Source: Mageeibacillus sp. UBA5436
GTDB lineage: Bacteria; Bacillota; Clostridia; Saccharofermentanales; DTU023
Assembly (NCBI GenBank): GCA_002427545.1
Contig: DIRM01000040.1
Span: 1-59,918 of the forward strand
Direction of reading: 5' to 3'
Length of the DNA: 59,918 nt
Shown here: piece after piece, positions 28,599 through 38,109 of the stretch
How the letters are laid out: each line of letters opens with the position of its first letter
How positions within the stretch are numbered: position 1 is the stretch's first letter
Position numbers and translations under genes: made by a program
The notes under the pieces: model-generated
Databases searched by the model: none
What the model was told of the DNA's origin: nothing
The model's input: only the letters and a program-made list of their open reading frames with translations

Positions 28599-29531
28599 AT
28601 GGATATTCGAAAATCAAATTTAAGTTTTACAAAGAATGATAATTCTGATAATAAAGCGTTAGATAGTAACGTTGATAAAAATAATTCTCTTCAAAATGAT
28701 GTTTCAAAGATTTATGAAGATGAAAATTTTGAGGAGAATATTTCTATTAGAAAAGCTCCAAAGATTGAAGTTAATGAAATTGATTTATCTCCTGATCATT
28801 TAAAAAGGATTAGTAATGCCAATATGGAAGAATTGGTTGAATTAGCAAAAGAAGTGCATCCTTTACCACGAGAATTTCAAATGGAAATCAAAAAAACACA
28901 TCGTAATTATTTCATTTCAAAATTAAGGAAAATTAATACAGAAAATGAATTAGTTGATTTTGCTTTTCAATTAACACATAGAGAATTAGCATTACTTTTT
29001 CCTGTTTTAGCTACGAGTAATAGATTAAGTATTAATGAAAAAATAAAAAAAATAATTACCTTACGATCTAGTAAAGTTTTATATGCACATGGCTGGGTCA
29101 CTTTGCAATATATTTATCCTGATAATCGATTTGCCAAAAATATTAGTAATTTGTGCCGAGACTTAGAAAATGAAAATTTTCACTTTCAAAAATTAATGGA
29201 AACATCTGCAAAAGAGGAAAAAATAGCTATCAAATCTTTACCTTATCCTCATTTTGATTGGTCTAATATCCGCCTAATTACAGAGATATCAGCACCAGAT
29301 AATCGTCGTTTTATGAATTCTATCACGAATTATATTTTAGAAAATGAACTTTCACTAAAAGAGTTTTTCTATCAATTTGGTATTTATGATGATTTGGCTC
29401 TAGGTTTAGCTATTCAGAAAAATTATGATGTTGAGAAATTAGAAAAATCTATTGGTTTTAATGATAATAATAGAACATCTTGGCGTGAGTTATTTCAAAT
29501 GGACAAAGATGATTCGGATGAACTTTATTAA
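28599..29531 (+). CDS. Soluble protein of unknown function, probably co-transcribed with the 27044 gene
   Basis: 310-aa ORF beginning 10 nt after the upstream stop. No TM segment and no motif I can name. The SD is weak. Confidence 0.4.
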   Translation: MDIRKSNLSFTKNDNSDNKALDSNVDKNNSLQNDVSKIYEDENFEENISIRKAPKIEVNEIDLSPDHLKRISNANMEELVELAKEVHPLPREFQMEIKKTHRNYFISKLRKINTENELVDFAFQLTHRELALLFPVLATSNRLSINEKIKKIITLRSSKVLYAHGWVTLQYIYPDNRFAKNISNLCRDLENENFHFQKLMETSAKEEKIAIKSLPYPHFDWSNIRLITEISAPDNRRFMNSITNYILENELSLKEFFYQFGIYDDLALGLAIQKNYDVEKLEKSIGFNDNNRTSWRELFQMDKDDSDELY

Positions 29532-29543
29532 TGTTTGATAATA

Positions 29544-29978
29544 TTAATAAGTAATGACCAAATCTGCTGAAAATAAAGTAGCATTAATCTGATGGATTGA
29601 CATTTTTACGGTAGATTTATTTAATTTATCATCTGCGGCTAAAAATTGCGAAATAGAATCTGTGCTTATACCTATTATTACTTCATGTTGATACAAAAAG
29701 TTTAAGGTTGATTCAATGGGACTATCCTTCCTGGCAAGGACAACAGTATCATTCATAAAAATAACATGACTTGGCAAGATTTCTTGAAACACTAAATCAT
29801 TAATTAATTTAATCGTTTGTTCTCTATTACGTTTGTCATTATTATTTGCAAACTGATTGATTAAAAGTACTATTTTTTTCTTTTTTTCTTTTTTGGTATC
29901 TATTAATTCTGTTTGTATTAAATCATCTTGCCAAATATTTATTTCTGTTTTTTTCTGTAAATCTATCTTATCCTTCAT
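29544..29978 (-). CDS. Small protein resembling the DsrE-like C-terminal domain of long YedF-type proteins, cysteines absent
   Basis: 144 aa. The pattern ...VIFMNDTVVLARKDSPIESTLNFLYQHEVIIGISTDSISQF...MSIHQINATLFSADLVITY parallels my recollection of the YedF C-domain (IIFLNSGVKL...GVEILSCGTCLNYY...MYTIVE...). It has GISTDS where CGTC is expected. Confidence 0.35.
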   Translation of the reverse strand: MKDKIDLQKKTEINIWQDDLIQTELIDTKKEKKKKIVLLINQFANNNDKRNREQTIKLINDLVFQEILPSHVIFMNDTVVLARKDSPIESTLNFLYQHEVIIGISTDSISQFLAADDKLNKSTVKMSIHQINATLFSADLVITY

Positions 29979-29996
29979 GCAACACCCATAATTGTT

Positions 29997-30833
29997 CTAT
30001 TCTGTTTCTGTATAAAAGTCCTGTACACTATAATTATCTGGTATAGAAAAAAGCTCAAGATAATTAGTGAGATCATTACTTAATACAGAAATAATCATTT
30101 CAGTATTAAGTGTACCTTGACTATCAAAAACACGATATCCTACAATTTCATTGTCAAGAAAATAATAGCGAATAAAATTACGATTATCTGTAGTGTATTC
30201 TTCAAAAGAAACATCTTTATTTAAAAATTCAGCTTTTCCTTCACCTAAATAATAAATGTTTTTAAAACCTTTTAAAATTTGATTCATCTCTTCTTGAAAA
30301 GATGTAAATTCGGTATTATCTTGTATTGAAATTGCTGTTTTATTTTCCGAATTCAATAGATAACTTTCACCATTTTTTAAGGCTAAACTTTCTTGAATAT
30401 AATTCTCTGTAATAATTTTTGAATATTGAAAGCCTTCTTCTGTGAATGCCATGATGTATTGATTATTTTCATTTTCAATAAAGTCTTCAATTTGATAAGA
30501 AAAAACTAGATTATTCTGGTTTAATATTTCAAAAAACTTTTCTGTTTTTCTTGTTTGAATGCCTTGTTCAGCTTCAATTAAATTGATATTTTGTAATGGC
30601 ACAGAAGGTTCTTCTTTTTGATTAATATCATTTTCTACATTAGTATTTGTCTCAAGATTGTTATTCGTGCTTTTTTCTATTGTTTCAATTGTTTTTCTTG
30701 GTTTTGTTTCATCTTGAATTGATTCTTTAATCATACTATTTGTAGTCTCTTGTTTTTCTTTTTTATTACCACAAGATACATTCAAAAACACAAGCAATAT
30801 TAGCAGATAAACAATTATTTTATTGAATTTCAT
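29997..30833 (-). CDS. Lipoprotein, unknown function
   Basis: 278 aa. Signal peptide MKFNKIIVYLLILLVFLNVSC with a lipobox-like VSC. The mature part is Asn/Glu-rich and beta-rich. Confidence 0.55.
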   Translation of the reverse strand: MKFNKIIVYLLILLVFLNVSCGNKKEKQETTNSMIKESIQDETKPRKTIETIEKSTNNNLETNTNVENDINQKEEPSVPLQNINLIEAEQGIQTRKTEKFFEILNQNNLVFSYQIEDFIENENNQYIMAFTEEGFQYSKIITENYIQESLALKNGESYLLNSENKTAISIQDNTEFTSFQEEMNQILKGFKNIYYLGEGKAEFLNKDVSFEEYTTDNRNFIRYYFLDNEIVGYRVFDSQGTLNTEMIISVLSNDLTNYLELFSIPDNYSVQDFYTETE

Positions 30834-30893
30834 AAATAACTTAACCCCTAAAACTAAGTTTGCTATTCATCTCGATTTGTCACGATAGCATCA

Positions 30894-32978
30894 TTAATCA
30901 CTTGCATTTAAGCGAATTGCTTCAGGCACAGAATAAGGGCCATTAGAATAAATATTCTGAAAAATTTCTCCAGAGGAATCAACAGCCTCATTAAAGCCTA
31001 AGAGATGTGTGTCGAAGAAAGTCGTGGCTAAAACTAAATTTCTTTGATTTTGATCATAAGAAATAAACCAACTATTCTGTTTTACTAATCCATTAATTTC
31101 ATCATAACCCGATTCTGCTGTACCTGTTTTACCCGCTAATTTCATATTGCTATAATTAACGCTTGGATATGTATTGGTGACAACTAAACGCAAAGCATTA
31201 TCTATTGTTTGTATGTCTGCTGTTGAAGCAATATTATCTGTAATAATTTGAACCTCTGTATCTAATAGCAAACGCGGACGATACCAAACACCATTTTGTG
31301 AAACTGCCCCATATATTGAGGCTATATGAGTTGGTGAAATTAATAATTCGCCCTGACCATAACCAGCATCTGCTAATAATACAGTATCTTGTACATCTCC
31401 ATTATTTGTCAATTGTGCTATACCAAATGGATAATCCGCAGCAATATTCTCACCAAATTGTAAGTTAGCCATTTGTTCATTAAAGGCCTGCAAACCCATA
31501 TCTAATGCTACTCTAGCAAAATAAATATTATCAGAATTATAAATGGCTGAATTATAATCAATATCACCATCAACTACTGTATATCGAATAACTTGATGAT
31601 TGCCCCAACTGCCATCATAAGTCCAACCTTTTCCTTGAATATTATAAATTGTATTCTTAGTTAAAGTTCCAGCATTAAAAGCAGCAATAGACGTCAAAAT
31701 TTTCTCAGTTGAACCAGGTGTCATCGCATCAGCAAATTTATTATATAAGGGAATATTAGGATCATCAATTAAATTATCATAATCGGTCTGATTAATGCCA
31801 AGAACAAAATCATGAGGATTATAAGAAGGTGTACTAATTAAGGCTAAAATATCTCCATTACGAGGATCTATCGCTGTAAATGTCGCATTATTATCTGCAT
31901 TCAAATCATAAATTCTTTTTTGTAAATCAGAATCAATTGTCAAATAAATATCCGAACCATTTTTAGCTTCTTTTTCTAGCAGAACCTGCTGATAATCTCC
32001 AGTGACAATGACTTTAAAGCCGCTTTCTCCTCTTAAGCGATCTTCATATATGGCTTCAAGACCTGCTTTCCCAATATAATCTTCAGCAGTTAAGTCTGAA
32101 TTTTCTTCTTTTTCTAAATCTTCTACAGTAGGTTTACCCACATAACCAATTAAATGTGCTGCAGCTTCTGCTAAAGGATAAGATCTTGTAGTAACTTGTT
32201 CAACAGTGAGATGAAAATTATCAATGGTATTCTTTTGTTCATCACTAAGTTCAACTATTGTTTTAATAGGAACAAAAGTATTATCTTTTACCCAATCTAA
32301 TTCCAATTGCTCATTTATGAAACCTTCAGATAAATCAAAAGCAGCTTCAATCGCTGGAATGTCACTTTCTAATAAAGAAGACGGAACAAAACCGACTCGA
32401 TTAATATAAGCTCTTATGGCTAAGGGATTACCACTACGATCATAAATATTTCCTCGTTGCGCAGGTAAAGGTAGAATTTGCACCAAACCTTTATCATGTA
32501 ATCCTGGTAATATAACACTAGGTGTCCAATTTAATTGCCAACGACCTGCTTTAGGATGATAAATAAAATTAAAAGTATTTTGTTTTTTTATCGTGCCATA
32601 TTCTGTTTCATAAATTGCCGTGCCTTGATAGGCTAATCTTCCATCTTTTTCTGTATTAATAGGAGTAAAATCTTGCAGTTCAATACTATTTAATCCAATA
32701 CTATTGTGAATTTTTTCATTTCTTTCAACAATTTGTTCGCGTCCATATTTTTCTAAGGCATTTGGATAAATCCATTCAATTAATGCCTCTGTATTATCTG
32801 ATTCTATTAAATCTAAAATTCGCGAAATTTGTAAATCAGCATTTTCAACTGTCTCTATCGTACTTTCTGTACTTTCTTCTGGCTCATTAAAGATACTATT
32901 TGAGCTAAAAATACTCTCACAGGAAACCAAAAAGAACAAGCTACATATTAAACAAATCAAAAATATTTTGGACTTCAA
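30894..32978 (-). CDS. Class B penicillin-binding protein with NTF2-like MecA_N domain (PbpC/PBP5/PBP2a-type), probable lipoprotein
   Basis: SxxK (GSTEK), SxN (SDN) and KTG (KTGTA) motifs. The N-terminal region ends in ...GRWQLNWTPSVILPGL, as in MecA_N domains. The ORF track starts at TTG 32993. I prefer TTG 32978 (MKSKIFLICLICSLFFLVSC, lipobox LVSC), 7 nt after GGAGGA. Confidence 0.8.
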   Translation of the reverse strand: MKSKIFLICLICSLFFLVSCESIFSSNSIFNEPEESTESTIETVENADLQISRILDLIESDNTEALIEWIYPNALEKYGREQIVERNEKIHNSIGLNSIELQDFTPINTEKDGRLAYQGTAIYETEYGTIKKQNTFNFIYHPKAGRWQLNWTPSVILPGLHDKGLVQILPLPAQRGNIYDRSGNPLAIRAYINRVGFVPSSLLESDIPAIEAAFDLSEGFINEQLELDWVKDNTFVPIKTIVELSDEQKNTIDNFHLTVEQVTTRSYPLAEAAAHLIGYVGKPTVEDLEKEENSDLTAEDYIGKAGLEAIYEDRLRGESGFKVIVTGDYQQVLLEKEAKNGSDIYLTIDSDLQKRIYDLNADNNATFTAIDPRNGDILALISTPSYNPHDFVLGINQTDYDNLIDDPNIPLYNKFADAMTPGSTEKILTSIAAFNAGTLTKNTIYNIQGKGWTYDGSWGNHQVIRYTVVDGDIDYNSAIYNSDNIYFARVALDMGLQAFNEQMANLQFGENIAADYPFGIAQLTNNGDVQDTVLLADAGYGQGELLISPTHIASIYGAVSQNGVWYRPRLLLDTEVQIITDNIASTADIQTIDNALRLVVTNTYPSVNYSNMKLAGKTGTAESGYDEINGLVKQNSWFISYDQNQRNLVLATTFFDTHLLGFNEAVDSSGEIFQNIYSNGPYSVPEAIRLNASD

Positions 32979-33097
32979 AATCAAATCCTCCAAAGAAAAC
33001 TTATTCTAGAATATTATCTATCCTGTCTTTCAAATATATCAATAAAAAACAAGTTATTAAATCAGATACAAATATCAAGCATCGTTTTTATTATATA

Positions 33098-34174
33098 CTA
33101 GTTTATAGCTGATAATAATAAAGTTTTAATTAACTTTGATTGATCATAGCCAGAATTTTGAAGTAATTTCGGATACATACTGATCGCAGTAAAACCTGGT
33201 AAAGTATTAATTTCATTTAATAAGACTTTCCCTGTAGATTTTTCAATAAAGAAATCTGCTCTACATAATCCTTTACCGTCAACAACATTAAAAGCTCTTT
33301 GAGCATATGAACATAAGGTTTTTTCCTCTAATTCTGTTAATTCTGCTGGAACAATCAGCTCAGATTCATTTGAAAGATATTTTGACTCATAATCATAAAA
33401 ATCACGATCGGGAATTATTTCACCAGCTACTGAAACAAAGATAGATTCAGGTAAACTAGGATCCTCAATCACGGCTAATTCAATTTCTCGGCCATCAATT
33501 CCCTTTTCTATTACTACCTTTGAATCATGTTCAAAAGCCAAATCTAGTGCCTTTTCAAGATCATCTCGATTATACGCCTTGCTAATACCTACAGAAGAAC
33601 CCGCATTTGCAGGTTTTGCAAAAACTGGATAGGGCAATTTAGCTTCAACTTTTTGCATCGACGAAATTTTATCAGATAAATATTTTGATTTATTTAGCCA
33701 AGTCCAATCAGCTTGTGGAATATTTTCTTGATCAAATAACATACGTGAAATTACTTTATCCATACTAACGGCACTCGCTAAAACTCCACAACCAACAAAT
33801 TTAGCATTTAGCATTTCAAATAAACCTTGGATTGTGCCGTCTTCACCCATTTTCCCATGTAATACTGGAAAGAAAATATCTACTTGATGCCATCGCTGAT
33901 CATCTGCAGTAAAAAAACCCTGACCATCTTTTCCAAGCTTAAACAATACAGTTTGATTATCAGGATCATTTAACCAATCACCATTTTCAATATCATTAAA
34001 ATCACCAGTAAATAAAAAGCATTCTCCTTTTTTACTAATTCCTAATTGATAAATTTTTTGAATTTTTGCTTCTCTTAATGATTTAATGATATAGGCGGCA
34101 GATTGAGAAGAAATTTCATGCTCACTGTTTTGTCCACCAAAAATAACACAGATACTTAAGTCTTCTAATTTCAT
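33098..34174 (-). CDS. ddl: D-alanine--D-alanine ligase
   Basis: 358 aa. ATP-grasp with N-terminal FGGQNSEHEIS, PVLHGKMGEDGTIQG, KPANAGSSVGI and EINTLPGFT. Confidence 0.9.
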   Translation of the reverse strand: MKLEDLSICVIFGGQNSEHEISSQSAAYIIKSLREAKIQKIYQLGISKKGECFLFTGDFNDIENGDWLNDPDNQTVLFKLGKDGQGFFTADDQRWHQVDIFFPVLHGKMGEDGTIQGLFEMLNAKFVGCGVLASAVSMDKVISRMLFDQENIPQADWTWLNKSKYLSDKISSMQKVEAKLPYPVFAKPANAGSSVGISKAYNRDDLEKALDLAFEHDSKVVIEKGIDGREIELAVIEDPSLPESIFVSVAGEIIPDRDFYDYESKYLSNESELIVPAELTELEEKTLCSYAQRAFNVVDGKGLCRADFFIEKSTGKVLLNEINTLPGFTAISMYPKLLQNSGYDQSKLIKTLLLSAIN

Positions 34175-34201
34175 TGATATATCTTACTTTCTTTAATGCA
34201 A

Positions 34202-34744
34202 TTATAAATCTAGATCTTTTTTATTTTTTTGAATAAACATTAACATCTCAGTTAATTGATCTTCTAAATCATCAAGGTTATTTTTAACATAATCCATCGT
34301 ACTTGCTTGAATTTGTCTGCTTTTTGTATTTGCATTATCGATGATTCTTTGAGCTTCAATTTTTGCTTGTTGTGTAATTTCATGTTCATCAATCATACGC
34401 GCCATCTTGATTTCAGCATCATTAAGAATTGACTCCGCTTCTTTACGACTTTCAGCAATTAATTGTTTATTATGTTGTAACAACCACTTAGCTTGCCTTA
34501 ATTCCTCTGGTAATTTTTCTCTTACCATATCAATTAAGAATAAGAATTCCTCTCGATCAACCATACATTGATCTGATAAAGGAACTTTTCTTGCGAGATG
34601 TAAAGTTTCTTCTATTTGAATCAAGATATCATCAACTTTTTCATCAATTTCAGACTGTTTGCCTAATGTATGCTTTTTGCCATTCATTGATTTATTTGAA
34701 TTATTTATTTGATTATCTTGTTGATTGTAATCATCATTATCCAT
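34202..34744 (-). CDS. Conserved coiled-coil protein (ATP-synthase b/H-like helical region), unknown function
   Basis: 180 aa. Asn/Gln-rich N-terminus followed by a long charged helix (AESRKEAESILNDAEIKMARMIDEHEITQQAKIEAQRII). Confidence 0.35.
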   Translation of the reverse strand: MDNDDYNQQDNQINNSNKSMNGKKHTLGKQSEIDEKVDDILIQIEETLHLARKVPLSDQCMVDREEFLFLIDMVREKLPEELRQAKWLLQHNKQLIAESRKEAESILNDAEIKMARMIDEHEITQQAKIEAQRIIDNANTKSRQIQASTMDYVKNNLDDLEDQLTEMLMFIQKNKKDLDL

Positions 34745-34811
34745 TTTGCCTCCAAAGTCCCAAATATTTATTATATCTGATTCGAATATTTTTATTTTAG
34801 TATTTCTAAAT

Positions 34812-35324
34812 TTATTTATTATTTCTTAACTTTTCAAATTTTTTTTCTACTTTTTCCAGATTACATTTGGGCACCATCTGTAAAAAATTATTATTCAAAT
34901 GTCCTAATTCACGCACATTTGAACTACTGACATGAACTAAGTCTTTACGAGCCAATAAAAAAATTGTCTCAATATCTGAGTTCAATTCATGATTAATAAT
35001 TGCCATCGGCGTCTCATATAGTAAATCATTTGTATTTCTTAAACCGCGCACAATAGCACTTGCAGATATTTTTTCATAGGTATCTGACAATAAACCGTTG
35101 AATTTTATCACTTCGATATTATCATAGCTAGCGGTTGCAAGTAAAACCATTTCTAACCTTTCTTCAATTGAAAATATGGTTTTAGAGTCTTCAGAATCTA
35201 ATACTGCAATCACTAATTGATCACATCGTTTTGCTGCCCTTACAGCTATATCTAAATGTCCAATTGTAAACGGATCAAAAGTACCACTGTATAACCATTT
35301 TTTTGATTTTGACATATCATTCAC
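34812..35324 (-). CDS. coaD: Phosphopantetheine adenylyltransferase
   Basis: 170 aa. GTFDPFTIGHLDI nucleotidyltransferase motif, VRGLRN and ISSSNVRE-like VSSSNVRE. Confidence 0.9.
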   Translation of the reverse strand: MNDMSKSKKWLYSGTFDPFTIGHLDIAVRAAKRCDQLVIAVLDSEDSKTIFSIEERLEMVLLATASYDNIEVIKFNGLLSDTYEKISASAIVRGLRNTNDLLYETPMAIINHELNSDIETIFLLARKDLVHVSSSNVRELGHLNNNFLQMVPKCNLEKVEKKFEKLRNNK

Positions 35325-35335
35325 CTTTAAAAATT

Positions 35336-35893
35336 CTATTTTCGACTTAAAATCGTCAAAATACTAAGGCCGTATTTTTTTTCTTTATCTATTCGCCATT
35401 TTGTTTCATTTATTAATAATGCTAATTTTCGAGAATGTTCTATTAAAATTTTACCATTTTGACTTAATAGTTTTTGAATATTCTCTTCCAGTTCCTGCCA
35501 ATTTTCATTTAAAGACATCCAAGGTGGATCAAAATAAATAATATCAAAATCTTTCTCTTGCTTAATCAATTGCCTAATTGCTCTATCTGCAGTTAATGAC
35601 AAAATTTCAGCTTTCAATTTTGTTTTTTCTAGATTTTTTTGAATGGTTATTTTTGCTTGTCTGTTTTGTTCAATAAAAACGACATTTGGAACACCTCGGC
35701 TTAAAGCTTCAATTCCCATTTGTCCCGAACCAGCAAATAAATCTAAAAATGAGATGATGGCTCCTTGTTGAATATCATTTTGTAAGCTTGCAAATACGGC
35801 TTCTTTCATGCGATCAGTAGTTGGTCTCATCAGCTCTTCTTGATTGGTATATAATTTAATTCCACCAGCTTTACCGGCAATTACTCTTGGCAT
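35336..35893 (-). CDS. rsmD: 16S rRNA (guanine966-N2)-methyltransferase RsmD
   Basis: 185 aa. RPTTDRMKEAVF, DLFAGSGQMGIEALSRG and a DPPW motif. Confidence 0.9.
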   Translation of the reverse strand: MPRVIAGKAGGIKLYTNQEELMRPTTDRMKEAVFASLQNDIQQGAIISFLDLFAGSGQMGIEALSRGVPNVVFIEQNRQAKITIQKNLEKTKLKAEILSLTADRAIRQLIKQEKDFDIIYFDPPWMSLNENWQELEENIQKLLSQNGKILIEHSRKLALLINETKWRIDKEKKYGLSILTILSRK

Positions 35894-36012
35894 TGTTTAT
35901 ATTCACCTTAAATTCATCATGTTTCTATATTGTTATTTTTTATTTTTCATTTTGCAATCTATTATATTCATGATTTTAAGTATTTATAATTGAATTTCTA
36001 TTGATTAGAATA

Positions 36013-38109
36013 TCACAAGATAATTCCAGATAATAATTCCGGGTACCTTTGTTGAATAGCTTTAGTTATATTACGATTTTCTTGATTTTTTAAAGCAGGA
36101 TCTTTGGTTATAATTTGACTAAAATAATAATCAACAGATTGAATTACATTTTGATCTTCATATAGATTAATTAATTTAAATTGTGGCAAACCATGTTGTT
36201 TTGTACCAAAGAAATCACCTGGACCTCTTAAACGCAAATCTTCCTCTGCTAAAGCAAATCCATCATCATTTTTACATAATGTTTTTAATCGAGTTAAAGC
36301 AATCTCATCTTCTGTATCACTTAATAGAATACATATTGATTCCAAATCACTCCGTCCAATTCTTCCTCTTAATTGATGTAATTGAGCTAGACCAAAACGT
36401 TCTGCATTACGTATTAGCATGAATGATGCTCTAGGGTTATCAACTCCAACTTCAATGACAGTTGTACTTACTAAAATATTAATTTTATTATCCAAAAAAT
36501 CTTGCATTATGGAATTTTTGAGATCTGCTTTTAAACCACCATGCATTAAACCAACCTTTAAATCCGGAAAAATTTTCTCAGAAAATTTTTTGTAAACTGA
36601 TTCAACTGAATCCACATCTAATTCTTCTGAATCTTCAATTAATGGACATACGACATAAACTTGTTCATCTCTGGAAACTGCTTGTCGTATTAATTTATAT
36701 ATTCGTTTTTCATCCTTAGAATTAGCTGTATATGTTTGAATTTTTTTGCGACCTTTGGGTAATTCACGCATCAATGTTAAATCTAAATCCCCATATAGAA
36801 TAAGTCCAAGCGTTCTGGGTATTGGTGTAGCAGATATGACTAATCGATGTGGTGTATAATCATTCTCATTAACATTTGCAATGGCTGCTCTTTGCTCTAC
36901 TCCAAAACGATGTTGTTCATCTGTTATTGTAAGAACAAGATTTTTCATTTTTAAATCTTTTTCTAAAACAGCATGTGTACCAATAATTAAATCAATTTTC
37001 CCACTATACGCATTTTCCAAAATTTCTTTTCGCTCCTTTGCCTTTGTTTGCCCTGTCAAGAGACGAATTTCAAAATTTTGATCCGAAAAAAAAGAAGTTA
37101 ATGTTTGATAATGCTGTTTTGCTAAAATTGATGTTGGCGCCATAAATATACATTGTCCTTGGCAAAAAATAGCATAAGCTATTGCAAAAGCAGCAACTAA
37201 TGTTTTTCCCGAGCCAACATCACCTTGCAATAAGCGATTCATTGGTTTAGATTTTTTGAGATCATTTAATAAATCATTGATAGCCAACATTTGTGCTTTT
37301 GTTAATTCAAAGGGCAAATCATCTCTCAAATGATTCATTTTCTTTAATATTTTCTTATTTTCAATATCATCGGCAGCAATTAATGGATAGGCTTTTTCAG
37401 ATTCTGTTCTTTTCCATTTTAATAAATATAAAGCTGTTCGTACTAAAAATAATTCTTCAAACGCCAATCTTTCTCTAGCAATCAAGCATTCTTGTTTATC
37501 ATCTGGAATATGAATCTTTTCTAAAGCATATTCTAAGGTTGAAAGCTTGGCTTCTCTTCTAATTTCATCCGGAATTGGATCATAAAGAGATTGATCATAT
37601 AAATCCAAAGTTTGTTTGACAGCGAAACGTATCAATTTTTGATTTAATCCATTAGTTAAAGGATATATGGCTTGAATTTTATTTTGTTCATATTCTGTAT
37701 CATCTAGAATTTGTGGATTTTGAATAGAAAAACTGCGACCTTGATTTTGGATTTTACCATAAAAATAAAAAGTATAACCTACTTTAATTTTTTGTATTAA
37801 CCAAGGCTGATTAAACCAAATAGCAGAAATCATAGTAACATTGTCTGTTAAAACGGTTTTAATCCAAGATAATTTACCTCGTCTTTGTAATGTTGGTGCC
37901 TTAATAATTTTGGCTCGTATAGTTGCCATTTCGCCATTTACAACTAAATGTAATGGTTTTATTTCACTTAAATCTTGATAATCACGAGGAAAAAAGAAAA
38001 GTAAATCTTGTAAATTATTGATATTTAGCTTGCTAAATAACTTTGCTCTTTTTTCTGATATTTGCTTTAATTCTGTTAATTTTTTTTCCTGAAAGGACAT
38101 TAAAAACAT
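36013..38109 (-). CDS. recG: ATP-dependent DNA helicase RecG
   Basis: 698 aa. Wedge/OB N-terminus, Walker A GDVGSGKT, DEQHRFG and QLRGRIGR. The alternative ATG at 38100 overlaps the nth stop (TAATG). Confidence 0.95.
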   Translation of the reverse strand: MFLMSFQEKKLTELKQISEKRAKLFSKLNINNLQDLLFFFPRDYQDLSEIKPLHLVVNGEMATIRAKIIKAPTLQRRGKLSWIKTVLTDNVTMISAIWFNQPWLIQKIKVGYTFYFYGKIQNQGRSFSIQNPQILDDTEYEQNKIQAIYPLTNGLNQKLIRFAVKQTLDLYDQSLYDPIPDEIRREAKLSTLEYALEKIHIPDDKQECLIARERLAFEELFLVRTALYLLKWKRTESEKAYPLIAADDIENKKILKKMNHLRDDLPFELTKAQMLAINDLLNDLKKSKPMNRLLQGDVGSGKTLVAAFAIAYAIFCQGQCIFMAPTSILAKQHYQTLTSFFSDQNFEIRLLTGQTKAKERKEILENAYSGKIDLIIGTHAVLEKDLKMKNLVLTITDEQHRFGVEQRAAIANVNENDYTPHRLVISATPIPRTLGLILYGDLDLTLMRELPKGRKKIQTYTANSKDEKRIYKLIRQAVSRDEQVYVVCPLIEDSEELDVDSVESVYKKFSEKIFPDLKVGLMHGGLKADLKNSIMQDFLDNKINILVSTTVIEVGVDNPRASFMLIRNAERFGLAQLHQLRGRIGRSDLESICILLSDTEDEIALTRLKTLCKNDDGFALAEEDLRLRGPGDFFGTKQHGLPQFKLINLYEDQNVIQSVDYYFSQIITKDPALKNQENRNITKAIQQRYPELLSGIIL

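Noticed and set aside
27044-29531. Complete Zorya (ZorAB...) or flagellar/Tol-type stator system
   Set aside because: No MotB/ZorB/TolR-like partner (single TM with conserved Asp plus OmpA/PG-binding domain) is present. No ZorD-type helicase or nuclease is present. No clear PLLGLLGT-type channel motif is visible. Only the topology is similar, so it is reported as a hypothesis rather than called.
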